Assembly (NCBI GenBank): GCA_034002865.1
Contig: JAVEZR010000001.1
Span: 53,247-117,246, forward strand
Source: Candidatus Dojkabacteria bacterium
GTDB taxonomy: Bacteria; Patescibacteriota; Dojkabacteria; SC72
DNA: 64,000 nt
Direction of reading: 5' to 3'
Made by a program: the position numbers and the translations under genes
In this document: positions 35,675 through 45,702 of the stretch, piece after piece
How the letters are laid out: each line of letters opens with the position of its first letter
Numbering within the stretch: the first letter of the stretch is position 1
Notes under the pieces: generated by a model
What the model was told of the DNA's origin: nothing
The model's database searches: none
The model's input: the letters and a program-made list of their open reading frames with translations, nothing else

Positions 35675-37423
35675 TTATTCTAATATTGCTTTTATCCTCT
35701 TTATACCTGCACCTACGTTTTCCTGCTTTACTATCTTAAATTTACCTAACTCTCTTGTATTAGATACATGAGGGCCGTTACATATCTCCAAGGAGTAGGG
35801 GTTCTCTTTTTCTCCAACATAGTACAGCTTTACGATATCTCCGTACCTTTCTTCAAAAGCAGCAAATGGGACTCTTTCTAATGCTTCCTGTTTAGATACC
35901 TCTTCAAAATTAACATCAAGGGATTTATTGATAGCGTCATTTACATACTTCTCTACCTTCTCTATTTGCTCTTGAGTTAATTTCTCATCACTAGGGAAAT
36001 CTAATCTAAGTCTTTCTGAGGTAATATTACTACCTTTCTGATATACATGATCTCCTAAGGTTTTCCTTAGGGCTTCAAGGAGTAGGTGTGTAGCTGTATG
36101 ATATCTTGTTGTCATTTCAGAGCTATCTGCTAAACCTCCCTTAAACATTCCTGCAGATGAGGTCCTAGATTTCTCTTGATGTTTACTTTGTGCTTCAGTA
36201 AAACTCTCTTTGTTAATTATCTCTAACTCTTTCTCCTTTAGTATTTCTTCAATGACTTCTAGTGGTAATCCATATGTTTCGTACAGTTGGAATGCTTTCT
36301 CTCCATTGATATGTCCTATCGTAGAGAGGGTCTTTTCTAACTCTTTTAAGCCATGCTCTACTGTCTTATTAAATTTCCTTTCCTCATCTTCTATGGTTTT
36401 AAGTATGAAATCCCTTTTCTCTATTAACTGAGGCCATACATTTTTAAACTGTTCTATTGCTACATCTGCAACCTCTCTTGTAAATTCCCTATCTATCTCT
36501 AACTTTCTACCATGCCTTACAGCCCTTCTAATTAATCTCCTGAGAATATATCCCTGCTGTGTGTTAGAAGGTAAAACTCCATCCATCACAATCCAAGTAG
36601 CTGCCTTTAGATGGTCTGTAATTATTCTTTGGGATTTTAGATCCTCTGATTTAGAGAGTGTTTTTACTTTCTCAAATATCGGTCTGTATATGTCTACTTC
36701 GTATACAGAGTTTACCCCTTGGCATACTGAAACTAATCTATCTAACCCTCCTCCAAAATCTACATTATGTCTTCCTAATGGCTTGTATATACCATCTTCT
36801 AGTAGATATTCCATGAATACGTTATTGCCAATCTCTACTAATTCTCCACTGTCTGTTTTATAAAATAGCTCACTATCTGGACCACATGGACCACCAGATG
36901 GTAAGCCCCACCAGTTATCTTCTCTTCCTAATGGCATTATCCTTTCTTCTTTTCCTACCTTTGCATCTATTCCATATTTTGAGAATATCTCTTCCCATAC
37001 AGCTATTGAAACCTCATCTCTTGGTATATCTCCTTCACCTTCAAATACGGAGGCATATATTCTGTTAATATCTAGGCCTAATTCTTCTACAAAAAACTGT
37101 ACTGTCATCTCTATAGCTTCCTTTTTAAAGTAGTCATTTAGAGACCAATTACCTAACATTTCAAAAGTTGTACAGTGAGTTGCATCTCCAACCTCATCTA
37201 TATCTCCTGTCCTAACACATCGTTGAGAGTTAGTTAGCCTATTTCCTTCTGGATGTCTTTGACCTTTAAGAAAGGGCACTAATGGGAACATCCCTGAATT
37301 AACAAAGAGTACAGAGGGATCATCCTCTGGAACTAATGGTGCACTTGGAATCTCTTTATGATTTCTGTTTACAAAAAAATCTAAATATTTACCCCTTATA
37401 TTTTCATATGTAAGATTGTTCAT
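35675..37423 (-). CDS. alaS: Alanine--tRNA ligase, compact form (catalytic, tRNA-binding and editing regions; no C-terminal C-Ala extension)
   Basis: FVNSGMFPLVPFLKG, HCTTFEMLGNWSLNDYFK, editing HxxxH (TATHLLLEAL), and a C-terminal ICNGPHVSNTRELGKFKIVKQE motif. 582 aa, versus ~870 for a typical AlaS. Confidence 0.85.
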   Translation of the reverse strand: MNNLTYENIRGKYLDFFVNRNHKEIPSAPLVPEDDPSVLFVNSGMFPLVPFLKGQRHPEGNRLTNSQRCVRTGDIDEVGDATHCTTFEMLGNWSLNDYFKKEAIEMTVQFFVEELGLDINRIYASVFEGEGDIPRDEVSIAVWEEIFSKYGIDAKVGKEERIMPLGREDNWWGLPSGGPCGPDSELFYKTDSGELVEIGNNVFMEYLLEDGIYKPLGRHNVDFGGGLDRLVSVCQGVNSVYEVDIYRPIFEKVKTLSKSEDLKSQRIITDHLKAATWIVMDGVLPSNTQQGYILRRLIRRAVRHGRKLEIDREFTREVADVAIEQFKNVWPQLIEKRDFILKTIEDEERKFNKTVEHGLKELEKTLSTIGHINGEKAFQLYETYGLPLEVIEEILKEKELEIINKESFTEAQSKHQEKSRTSSAGMFKGGLADSSEMTTRYHTATHLLLEALRKTLGDHVYQKGSNITSERLRLDFPSDEKLTQEQIEKVEKYVNDAINKSLDVNFEEVSKQEALERVPFAAFEERYGDIVKLYYVGEKENPYSLEICNGPHVSNTRELGKFKIVKQENVGAGIKRIKAILE

Positions 37424-37467
37424 AGGAATGATTATACCAAATGAGAACTCTGTATTCGAGGAGAATA

Positions 37468-39324
37468 TTAGGAATTATCGTCATCCTCTTTCTTTGCAGC
37501 GTCAATCTCTGTTAGAAGTATTGAAAGGTCTGCTTCTGGCTCTGGAATACTGGTAGCTTCATTTTGAGTCACACTTTCTATCGGCTTAGGTGCTTGAAAA
37601 GATTCTGTTACTAAGTTTTCAACATCGCTACTATTACTGTACGGGTCGATATTCCCAGGGTTATTATCTTTCGGTGTAGATGGAGGGAGAGTAGGATTAA
37701 TGGTTTTCGACTCTTGAGAGTCATCTTTCCATACAGCAAAAATTATCATTGGAGTGAATATCGCAAGTACTACTAACGCAATACCTCCTGCAATTATTAA
37801 TGCAACCCTTTTGTTAATGTAGTAGCCGAAGATATTAAAACTATCAGGGTCTACATCTTCACCATCTGAGATGGAAAAGGTCCAACTCTTTTCTACAGCC
37901 TTCTCTGAGCTATCTGAGAATGAAATATCAACTTTATGTACACCCTGTTCTAAAATTTCTTCAGGTAGGTATATTACAGTATATTCATATTCAGATATCT
38001 TGTTGATTTTTATCTCAGATGTAATATCACTGTCATCAAGTAATACTTTTATACTCTCTTGGTTAACAGTAGAGTCTCTGGAAGCTATTAATGATGCTTT
38101 TATAGTGGGTTTGTTGTTCTGTACAGTATCAGAGCTTGTTGGGGAGAAGTTGATAACTTGGGGGGTATCTAGTACTACAGAATCATCAGGCTCTTTACCC
38201 TCTATTTGTCCTTTGGCTATTACAATCTCTTGTGAGACATCCATTCCAATGGCTTCAGGTTTCTGATTGTCTATAGCTCTAAGAATTACTCTGTACGTAC
38301 CATCTTTAAATTGTGAAGTATCTATGTCATATGATGATCTGTTATACTCAATTTCTTTATCTATACTTATCCAACTCTTTTCATTTGTAGGGTTAGAGGA
38401 AAGATACATTTCAAACCTAACAATGTGATTATCATCTACAGCATCCCATGCTACTTTAAGAGTTTTTTGATCAGAGATAACGGTTCTTGTTAGTGGTTCT
38501 ATTATCTTTACAGTAGGTATATCATTCTCTTTAGGACTTACACTTACAACCCATGATTGAGAGGCAAGATGCTTACTGTATCCATCATGAATGAAGATAT
38601 TGGCCAGGTAACTGGCAGCGTCTGTTGTAGAGCCCCTAAACTTTATTGTAAGTTTTCCATTACCTCCATCTTCTATTACAGTTGCTTTTAACCAATCAGT
38701 ACCAGGAGTAAATGAGTATGAGTAGTTTATTGTATCTCCATCTATGTCTTCTGCTACTAATGTGTATTCATATGTATCCCCTGTCTTTATACTTTGAGAT
38801 GGTATGGAGTTTTTAGGAAGAGTCACAAATATTGGTTTAGAGTTATCAGCTATGGCTCTTACTCCAGACACATCATATGGACTACTGACTACACATTCAT
38901 ATGTTTTCTTGTTTAAATCAAGCATTAAGCCCTTAATCTCATATGCTTTTGCAGCAGTAGGGGTGAAATTGAATGACTCTGATACTCTTTTGGGTACATC
39001 TTCACCATATGTTTTGCTTAGTAGAGGGTTGTTGTTCTCATCAATAACGGAGAGAGCTTTTATACCTAAAGATGTAGAGAGTGCATCTATCTGTACTCTA
39101 AAAGTGCTATCTACTTCCAGAGAGTATGGGTTTACATTTGGGAAGGAGATTACACAGGGGTTAACATCACTTACCTCTATATCATCAAAGGCCCTGTTTC
39201 TAATATCAAAACTCTCATCTTGTAAAAGACCGACAACAAAGACTGGTATTGAGAGGAGAAGGAGAAAGGTTAGAAACAAACTTCTTCCTTTTCTACTTTT
39301 TCTTGGGGCAAATTTTGACTTCAT
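37468..39324 (-). CDS. Large surface protein with Ig-like beta-sandwich repeats, a C-terminal TM anchor and a Pro-rich cytoplasmic tail
   Basis: 618 aa. N-terminal signal or TM. Repetitive beta-rich domains. TM (LIIAGGIALVVLAIFTPMIIFAVW) about 110 aa from the C-terminus. Confidence 0.5.
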   Translation of the reverse strand: MKSKFAPRKSRKGRSLFLTFLLLLSIPVFVVGLLQDESFDIRNRAFDDIEVSDVNPCVISFPNVNPYSLEVDSTFRVQIDALSTSLGIKALSVIDENNNPLLSKTYGEDVPKRVSESFNFTPTAAKAYEIKGLMLDLNKKTYECVVSSPYDVSGVRAIADNSKPIFVTLPKNSIPSQSIKTGDTYEYTLVAEDIDGDTINYSYSFTPGTDWLKATVIEDGGNGKLTIKFRGSTTDAASYLANIFIHDGYSKHLASQSWVVSVSPKENDIPTVKIIEPLTRTVISDQKTLKVAWDAVDDNHIVRFEMYLSSNPTNEKSWISIDKEIEYNRSSYDIDTSQFKDGTYRVILRAIDNQKPEAIGMDVSQEIVIAKGQIEGKEPDDSVVLDTPQVINFSPTSSDTVQNNKPTIKASLIASRDSTVNQESIKVLLDDSDITSEIKINKISEYEYTVIYLPEEILEQGVHKVDISFSDSSEKAVEKSWTFSISDGEDVDPDSFNIFGYYINKRVALIIAGGIALVVLAIFTPMIIFAVWKDDSQESKTINPTLPPSTPKDNNPGNIDPYSNSSDVENLVTESFQAPKPIESVTQNEATSIPEPEADLSILLTEIDAAKKEDDDNS

Positions 39325-39341
39325 TAGATATATAATAATGG

Positions 39342-40685
39342 TTATTTATTAGTAACTGCAAGTTGATCGTTTATATCCTTCTCTACATTAGTTAAAATAC
39401 TCTTTGCTTCTTTCTTGTTCTCTGCTACCTCTGTTATTGCTTCTCTAAGTAACTCCTCTACAAATCCCTGATCTCCCATCTGCCAGGATTTCATATATGG
39501 TGCCATCTCACCAATAGCTTTGGTGTACGGATTAGCTAAGAGATCTGAGTTAAGACTTATTCTAGAGTAAGGTTCTCCAAAGGCTCGTATTTTAGAGGAG
39601 TTTGTAAAGAGTAGCTTCTGCTGTTCAGGTTCACTTAGGTATTTAATAAATTTCCAGGCCTCTTTACTATTTATGCTTGTTTTACTCACACTGTCTCCCC
39701 AATACATTGAGTAGTATACAGGGTCATTGTTAGGTAGCTGAGGTAAGCTTGCTAATCCAAACTCTATCTGTGGAGCGGCTTGCAATATATCGAAAGCTCT
39801 CCAGCTAGGAGCAAACATCATAGCTAACTCTCCTTTAAAGAATGTTGTTAAATCACTTGCTAAATATGATGCCCATGTAGGATTACTTCCTGATGCAAAG
39901 CTAGTGTATGTGGTGAGAGCTGTAATGGCCCTTTCTGAGGTTAAGTTTACTTGATTCCTACTACTATTCATTATACTTGCATTGTTTTGAAGCATTAGAA
40001 AACCGAGTATGTCTGCTGAGTGTACAATATTTCTTGCAGTTCCAATTGCTAGACCAGATTGAGTTATTCTCCCAGAGCTATCTCTTTTGGTAAGCTTGTC
40101 TGCTGCTTCCATAAAGGTATCCCAATCTTCTGGGGGTTCATTGTATCCGGCTGCTGAAAGAAGCTGCTTGTTGTAAATAACCATGAGGCCATCTATCTCC
40201 CAAGGTATCGCGTATATCTGCCCATCTGCACCTGTAAAATCATCTATAGCTGTAGGGTAAAACTCTTCTGCGTACTCCTGTGTAGACATTACTTCATTGG
40301 GTAATGGAGTTAAGAATGTTTGGTATTTAGGTAACCATGTGTTGTTAATCCTAACTATGTCGGGTGCTGGTTCTGTAGAGCTAGTAGATTGTTGTAGTCT
40401 GGTATATACTCGGCTCTCGTAGTTTTTAAAAGTTTGTTGAGAGTAGAGTATCTTTACTCCAGGATTTTCTGATTCGTATTTATCTATAATCGGTTGAATT
40501 ACATCAGTAGGTTCCCATAACCCCCAATATATTAGTTCTACCTGTTGTGAAGTATCTGGCTTATCAGGTTCAGTACCACCATCTTTCTTCTTAGAAAGTA
40601 TAATGGCAGTTACTGTTACTAATATCAAAAGTACAACTGTTACTGCTGATAGTATTATGACTAATTTCTTTTGATCCTTTTCCAT
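39342..40685 (-). CDS. Extracellular solute-binding protein (ABC SBP family 1, sugar-type), TM-anchored
   Basis: N-terminal TM anchor. The family-1 SBP fold is suggested by ELIYWGLWEPTDVIQPIIDKYESENPGVKI...PDIVRINNTWLPKY. There is no adjacent permease or ATPase. Confidence 0.65.
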   Translation of the reverse strand: MEKDQKKLVIILSAVTVVLLILVTVTAIILSKKKDGGTEPDKPDTSQQVELIYWGLWEPTDVIQPIIDKYESENPGVKILYSQQTFKNYESRVYTRLQQSTSSTEPAPDIVRINNTWLPKYQTFLTPLPNEVMSTQEYAEEFYPTAIDDFTGADGQIYAIPWEIDGLMVIYNKQLLSAAGYNEPPEDWDTFMEAADKLTKRDSSGRITQSGLAIGTARNIVHSADILGFLMLQNNASIMNSSRNQVNLTSERAITALTTYTSFASGSNPTWASYLASDLTTFFKGELAMMFAPSWRAFDILQAAPQIEFGLASLPQLPNNDPVYYSMYWGDSVSKTSINSKEAWKFIKYLSEPEQQKLLFTNSSKIRAFGEPYSRISLNSDLLANPYTKAIGEMAPYMKSWQMGDQGFVEELLREAITEVAENKKEAKSILTNVEKDINDQLAVTNK

Positions 40686-40705
40686 TAAATATCATTGTAC
40701 AAAAA

Positions 40706-41506
40706 TTAGAATCTTTCTGCTACTACAACTAATCTTTTTGTTCCAACTCCAAGTGGCCAACAAGTCATCATTGTTAATGTTTCCTTGTCACTCTGGCTCT
40801 TTAGTATGGAAAAATCATCAGGAGAAACTATTCTTTTATTCCTAACAATATATCTTAATTCCTCTCCTCCCTTATTTATACTCACACTATCTCCTATATC
40901 TACCCCCTCTAATCTTGTAAATATCGTCTCTGGTAAGTTGGAGTGCCTACTAAAGAATTTCTCTACAGCACTATGTCCATAGATAAAGGAGTTACCACCA
41001 TCTCCTGGTAGAGGTGTTCCCTTAAAGTGAGCCAATCCGAACTTAAGGTATTGGTCATATATTTTTTCATCAGAGCTTTCTACATTAGGAGTAATACGTA
41101 TATCCTTAATATCTATCTTCTCGATAGTGATATACATATTCTCTGAGTAATCTTTATTTACTATGATTGGTTTACTAGTTTTTGTTTGGGGATCATATGT
41201 AAAAATTCCTTGATACTGTAACCCTTCTGCACTATCCGAGAGATTTGCAAAGTAGCTTTTACCTGGATCATAGTAGGCAAATTCATCTGCAATATACTGT
41301 CTGTATGACTCTGGGAGAGGATCTTTCATAATCCTCTGTTTAAGCTCTTGGAATTCTCCCTGTACGTATGACCTAGTGAGAGGGAATACCTGACTTATGA
41401 TTACTACTATTCCTACCACTCCTAGTATCCAAGCTATAGTTTTTTTCATCCTTTTTACTTTCCTCTCATCTATAGAGGATATTTCTATGTTTTCATCCAT
41501 CTTCAT
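40706..41506 (-). CDS. Sortase (transpeptidase)
   Basis: N-terminal TM. Catalytic His (FIYGHS). TLxTC motif (TLTMMTCWP). Conserved Arg (KRLVVVAER). Confidence 0.8.
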   Translation of the reverse strand: MKMDENIEISSIDERKVKRMKKTIAWILGVVGIVVIISQVFPLTRSYVQGEFQELKQRIMKDPLPESYRQYIADEFAYYDPGKSYFANLSDSAEGLQYQGIFTYDPQTKTSKPIIVNKDYSENMYITIEKIDIKDIRITPNVESSDEKIYDQYLKFGLAHFKGTPLPGDGGNSFIYGHSAVEKFFSRHSNLPETIFTRLEGVDIGDSVSINKGGEELRYIVRNKRIVSPDDFSILKSQSDKETLTMMTCWPLGVGTKRLVVVAERF

Positions 41507-41538
41507 ATCTTATCAATTAAATATTTCTCTGTCATTTC

Positions 41539-41565
41539 TTGGCACTCTTTGTAATTGTTTGCTAG
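41539..41565 (+). promoter_or_regulatory. CIRCE-like inverted repeat upstream of dnaJ: TTGGCACTC-N9-GTTTGCTAG
   Basis: The left arm matches the CIRCE consensus TTAGCACTC at 8 of 9 positions. The spacer is 9 nt. The right arm shares the TTTGCTA core with the groES element. It ends 10 nt before the dnaJ ATG. Confidence 0.4.
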
Positions 41566-41575
41566 AATTGTACCC

Positions 41576-42667
41576 ATGAGCAAGAAAGATTACTATGAAA
41601 TCCTTGGGATTTCAAAAGAAGCAAAAAAAGAAGAGATAAAGAAAGCATACAGGAAACTTGTTAAGAAGTATCATCCAGATGTAAATAAAGAATCTGGAAC
41701 AGATGAGAAATTTAAAGAAGTTCAGGAGGCATATGAAGTACTCTCTGATGAATCTAAGAGAAAGGCATATGATCAGTATGGACATGCAGGAACAGAAGGT
41801 TTTAATCCTGGAGCAGGCTTTAATGGATACAGTACATATGGGGACGCCCCTTTTGATATGGGAGACATCTTTAATACTTTCTTTGGAGGAGGTGCAAGTA
41901 ACTTTGGTTTTGATTTTGGACAGGGTGGGTCTAGAAGACAATCCAATTTAGGTGAAGATTTAAGATACAGAGTTAAGGTCACTTTTGCAGAGGCAATGAA
42001 GGGTGGAGAGTACAAGATAGGGATTAAGAAAAATGTTAGATGTAGTAGGTGTAGCGGAACTGGTAGTGAGAGTGGTAAAAGAAAAACCTGTGATGTATGT
42101 AACGGTACAGGTAAAGAGAGGAGAGTACAAAACAGTTTCTTAGGACAAATAGCAGTTATGGCTGAGTGTTCTAAGTGTAGAGGTATGGGTACAATTCCAG
42201 AAAAGGCTTGTACTGTATGTTCTGGTACAGGTATTGAATCTAAGAGTGAGGCAGTTAAGGTAAGAATACCTGCAGGTGCATACGATGGAATGGTCCTTCG
42301 TTTTAGAGAGGGTGGTAATGCTGGTGTAGGTGGTGGAGAATTCGGAGATCTATATATTGAGGTAGAAGTAGAACCCTCTGTAAAGTTTGATAGAAGGGGG
42401 AATGACTTGTACTCTATAGAAGATATCCCAGTTCACCTTGCAGTGTTAGGAGGCAATATTCAAATCGAAACTGTAGATGGTACTGTTAAGCTTAAGATTC
42501 CTAAGGGTACTCAATCGGGCTCTGTATTTAGAGTGAGGGGTGAAGGTGCACCTGTTCTTGGTAAAGATGGCTCTAAGGGAGATCTATATGTACGTATAGA
42601 TGTAAATATTCCAGAGAAATTAAGTAGGCAAGAGAAGAAGCTTTGGGAAGAGCTAAGTTCTCAGTAA
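41576..42667 (+). CDS. dnaJ: Chaperone DnaJ
   Basis: J-domain ([35 protein letters not shown]), G/F region, four CxxCxGxG zinc-finger repeats, and a C-terminal domain. The track ORF starts at 41555; the Met at 41576 ([11 protein letters not shown]) matches DnaJ N-termini. Confidence 0.93.
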   Translation: MSKKDYYEILGISKEAKKEEIKKAYRKLVKKYHPDVNKESGTDEKFKEVQEAYEVLSDESKRKAYDQYGHAGTEGFNPGAGFNGYSTYGDAPFDMGDIFNTFFGGGASNFGFDFGQGGSRRQSNLGEDLRYRVKVTFAEAMKGGEYKIGIKKNVRCSRCSGTGSESGKRKTCDVCNGTGKERRVQNSFLGQIAVMAECSKCRGMGTIPEKACTVCSGTGIESKSEAVKVRIPAGAYDGMVLRFREGGNAGVGGGEFGDLYIEVEVEPSVKFDRRGNDLYSIEDIPVHLAVLGGNIQIETVDGTVKLKIPKGTQSGSVFRVRGEGAPVLGKDGSKGDLYVRIDVNIPEKLSRQEKKLWEELSSQ

Positions 42668-42714
42668 GGTTTACATACTAAACTATTTCTGCTATTATTA
42701 ACCAGTTATACAGG

Positions 42715-42744
42715 AGGGTGGGGCGAAGGTCTCACCTTTTTTTT
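42715..42744 (+). terminator. Rho-independent terminator after dnaJ (ggtggg...ctcacc stem followed by T8)
   Basis: A GC-rich hairpin at 42717-42736 is immediately followed by tttttttt. Confidence 0.6.
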
Positions 42745-42780
42745 AGTAAAGATATTTTAATTTGTTAGATATATATAAAA

Positions 42781-44007
42781 ATGGCTATGACATCAGAATT
42801 AGTAGCTGCAATTAATCAGATCGCTGCAGAGAGAGGTATAGATAAAGAGGAAGTATTTAAGGCTTTAGAGTCTGCAATATTGAGTGCAGTAAAGAAGGAT
42901 AGGTATGGAAGGGTTGATAGAGAAGATGAAGAGATAGATGAGAAGTTGGGTGCTAATCTTTTTGCAGAGGTAGATAGAGAGACAGGAGAGTTTAAGCTCT
43001 TTGCTTCAAAGGTTGTTGTTAAGAAAGTTAAAGATGAAGAGCTTGAGATTGCACTAAGTGAGGCTGAATTAATCTCCCCAAGTGTAGAGATCGGAGATGC
43101 TGTTCAGATAGAGATGCCCTCTGATGATTTAGGTAGGATTGCAACTCAAACAGCAAAGCAGGTATTACTACAAAAGATTAGAGAGTCTGAAAAGGATGCC
43201 TTAATTAGTGAATTTAGTGATAAGGTGGGAGAGGTATACACCGCATTAATGCAAAGGATGCAAAAGGGTATGGCAGTTATGGAGATAGGTAAAGCTACAG
43301 CATTTATGCCTCCTGAGGAGCAAATTGCAAACGAGTTCTATAGAGTTGGAGAAAGATACAAGGTTTTGTTAAAGAGTATAGAGGATTCTCAGATTCTAGT
43401 ATCAAGAGCAGATCCTAAATTTCTTGTTGAGCTTTTCAGATTAGAAGTCCCAGAGATAGAGTCTGGTGCTGTTGAGATTAAGGCGGTAGCAAGAGAGGCT
43501 GGCTCTAGGAGTAAAATTGCTGTAGTATCTCATCAGGATGGTATAGACCCAATTGGTTCATGCGTAGGTCAAAGAGGTATTCGTATTGCAAATGTAATGA
43601 ATGAGCTTGGGGAGGAGAAGATTGATATAATCGAGTGGGATGAAGATTTAGATAGATTTGTTGCAAATGCTCTAAGTCCTGCAAAAGTAGACTCCGTTAA
43701 AATCTCAGATGAAACAGCAACTGTTACATGTCCTTCCGATCAGCTTTCTTTAGCAATAGGTAGAGATGGACAGAATGTTAGATTAGCATGGAAGTTAACA
43801 GGTACAAAGATTGATATTGTTGGGGCACAGGGAGAAGAGGTAGAGGTGGTTGAAGATGAGAAAGAAGATAGTAAGGATGAGAAAGAGGTAAAGCCAAAGA
43901 AAAAAGCAGAAGCTAAGAAAGAGAGTAAGGAAGATATTGTAGAAGAGAAAGATGCTGTAGAAGAGTATGCGAAAGAGAGTGAAGAGGATGTAGTTAGTAA
44001 AGAATAA
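42781..44007 (+). CDS. nusA: Transcription termination/antitermination factor NusA
   Basis: NusA N-terminal domain (ELVAAINQIAAERGIDKEEVFKALESAILSAV), S1 and KH domains (GSCVGQRGIRIANVMNELGEEKIDIIEWDED), and an acidic K/E-rich tail. Confidence 0.9.
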   Translation: MAMTSELVAAINQIAAERGIDKEEVFKALESAILSAVKKDRYGRVDREDEEIDEKLGANLFAEVDRETGEFKLFASKVVVKKVKDEELEIALSEAELISPSVEIGDAVQIEMPSDDLGRIATQTAKQVLLQKIRESEKDALISEFSDKVGEVYTALMQRMQKGMAVMEIGKATAFMPPEEQIANEFYRVGERYKVLLKSIEDSQILVSRADPKFLVELFRLEVPEIESGAVEIKAVAREAGSRSKIAVVSHQDGIDPIGSCVGQRGIRIANVMNELGEEKIDIIEWDEDLDRFVANALSPAKVDSVKISDETATVTCPSDQLSLAIGRDGQNVRLAWKLTGTKIDIVGAQGEEVEVVEDEKEDSKDEKEVKPKKKAEAKKESKEDIVEEKDAVEEYAKESEEDVVSKE

Positions 44008-44023
44008 TTATAGTTTGTAAGTA

Positions 44024-45604
44024 ATGACAAAGAAGAAAGCAGTGAAAAATACAGAGGTAAATAGAGTTCCAATAGTAGCTATCTTGGGTCATGTTGATCA
44101 TGGAAAAACTACAATATTGGACCAAATACGTAAGAGTAATGTACAAAGCTGCGAAGCTGGTGGTATTACTCAGAGAATTTCTGTGTTTACTGTTTCTCCA
44201 AATAGTGATGAATCTAAGAAAATTACCTTTATTGATACCCCAGGGCATGAGGCCTTTGATTTAATGAGGCTAAGAGGGGGTAGTATTGCTGATATTGTAA
44301 TACTTGTTGTTGCTGGCAATGATGGTGTAAAGCCTCAAACTATTGAATCTATAGACATTATTAATAACTCTACTGCAAGAGCAATAGTAGTTATTAACAA
44401 GAGTGATTTGCCAGATATAGATGTTGCAAAGATAAAAAGAGATTTGGTTAAACATGGTCTTTCTGTAGAAGGGATGGGGGGGAAGATTCCAGTAATAGAG
44501 GTTTCGGGTAAAACAGGTAAGGGAATACCTGAGCTATTAGACTTAATAAATCTTGTTGTAGACATAGAAGGTTTACAAGAGAGAGAAACTCTTACAGAGG
44601 GTGTTGCAGCTAAAGCTTTTGTGTTGGAGTCTGTAAAAGAGCAATCTAAGGGGAATGTATCTACCCTAGTTCTAACGTCAGGAGATCTCTGTAAGGGATC
44701 TTGGATAGGGTATAAGATTGGAGAGAGGTTTAAGATAGAGAAAGTTAAAGGCATTATCTCTGAGGAAGGAGAGAATGTTTGTGACCTTTTCTGTGGCTAT
44801 GGAGGTAATGTAATAGGTCTCTCAGAGTTAATACCTGTTGGTTCACAAGTATATATATTAAAAGAGAATAGTGAGAAGCTTCTTTCCTCTTTATATAAAG
44901 TTGAGGAAGAAGTCGTAGAAGAAGAAGTAGTTGAAGGGGAAGAGAAAGCCATTGCTCAAGATGATATGTTTGGGGATTTGTTCAAAGAGGAAAAAGAAGA
45001 GGGAGAGAATTTCCTAAACGTTATACTTAAAAGCTCTTCGGAGGGATCTCTTGAGGCTATTAAGAAATCTCTTAGTAAGGTAGAGAAAGATGGGTATAAA
45101 GTAAAAGTTATATCTGAAGGAGTTGGTGATGTTAGTTTACAAGATGTAGAGATGGCTAAGCTCTCCAAGGCTATTCTTTTAGGATTTGAAGTTGGTAGTG
45201 AGAGGGGCGTACAAGATATTTCTAAGAAGAGTGGGGTTTTATACCGTACATATTCAATTATCTACAAACTAGTTGAAGAGATTGAGGATGCTCTAGATAT
45301 GCTCTCCGCTCCTGCACATGAAGAGGAAGAGATAGGGAGTGGAGTTATAAAGATGATTATTACCCTTACAGATGGATCTAAGGTATTGGGAACAAGAGTT
45401 AAAGATGGTATATTAAAGAGAGATTGTAAATGTTACTTGGTTAGAAATGATGAAATTCTTGGAGAGAGTAAGATTAAATCTTTAAGAAAGAGCAAAGATA
45501 CAGTTACTCAAGTAAAGCAGGGAGAAGAGTGTGGAGTTATATTGAATAGCAATGTAGAAGCCCAAGAGGGAGACGAGCTTTACTGTTATAAGGTTATTCA
45601 TTAG
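44024..45604 (+). CDS. infB: Translation initiation factor IF-2, minimal form that starts at the G domain
   Basis: VPIVAILGHVDHGKTTILD, DTPGHEAF, NKSDL, and a C-terminal beta-barrel. At 526 aa it lacks the long N-terminal region of typical bacterial IF-2. Confidence 0.9.
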   Translation: MTKKKAVKNTEVNRVPIVAILGHVDHGKTTILDQIRKSNVQSCEAGGITQRISVFTVSPNSDESKKITFIDTPGHEAFDLMRLRGGSIADIVILVVAGNDGVKPQTIESIDIINNSTARAIVVINKSDLPDIDVAKIKRDLVKHGLSVEGMGGKIPVIEVSGKTGKGIPELLDLINLVVDIEGLQERETLTEGVAAKAFVLESVKEQSKGNVSTLVLTSGDLCKGSWIGYKIGERFKIEKVKGIISEEGENVCDLFCGYGGNVIGLSELIPVGSQVYILKENSEKLLSSLYKVEEEVVEEEVVEGEEKAIAQDDMFGDLFKEEKEEGENFLNVILKSSSEGSLEAIKKSLSKVEKDGYKVKVISEGVGDVSLQDVEMAKLSKAILLGFEVGSERGVQDISKKSGVLYRTYSIIYKLVEEIEDALDMLSAPAHEEEEIGSGVIKMIITLTDGSKVLGTRVKDGILKRDCKCYLVRNDEILGESKIKSLRKSKDTVTQVKQGEECGVILNSNVEAQEGDELYCYKVIH

Positions 45605-45611
45605 TTAAAAG

Positions 45612-45640
45612 TTGACACAAACCCTATAAGGATATAAAAT
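45612..45640 (+). promoter_or_regulatory. Sigma70-like promoter upstream of rpsO (TTGACA-N17-TAAAAT)
   Basis: TTGACA at 45612-45617, a 17-nt spacer, and TAAAAT at 45635-45640. The hexamers are identical to those of the groES promoter. Confidence 0.5.
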
Positions 45641-45702
45641 AGGCTTTGTATTGTCTGTTGTTAGTATTGTAAAATTAATTATATGGTGTTAATCTTGAAT
45701 AT

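Noticed and set aside
41612-42015. ORFs overlapping the dnaJ 5' region (41612-41941 minus, 41703-41951 plus, 41773-42015 minus)
   Set aside because: The dnaJ reading frame carries a canonical J-domain and G/F region; these are alternative-frame artefacts.
43740-44754. Minus-strand ORFs opposite the nusA 3' end and the infB 5' end
   Set aside because: They are Ser/Leu-rich antisense frames opposite strongly supported genes.
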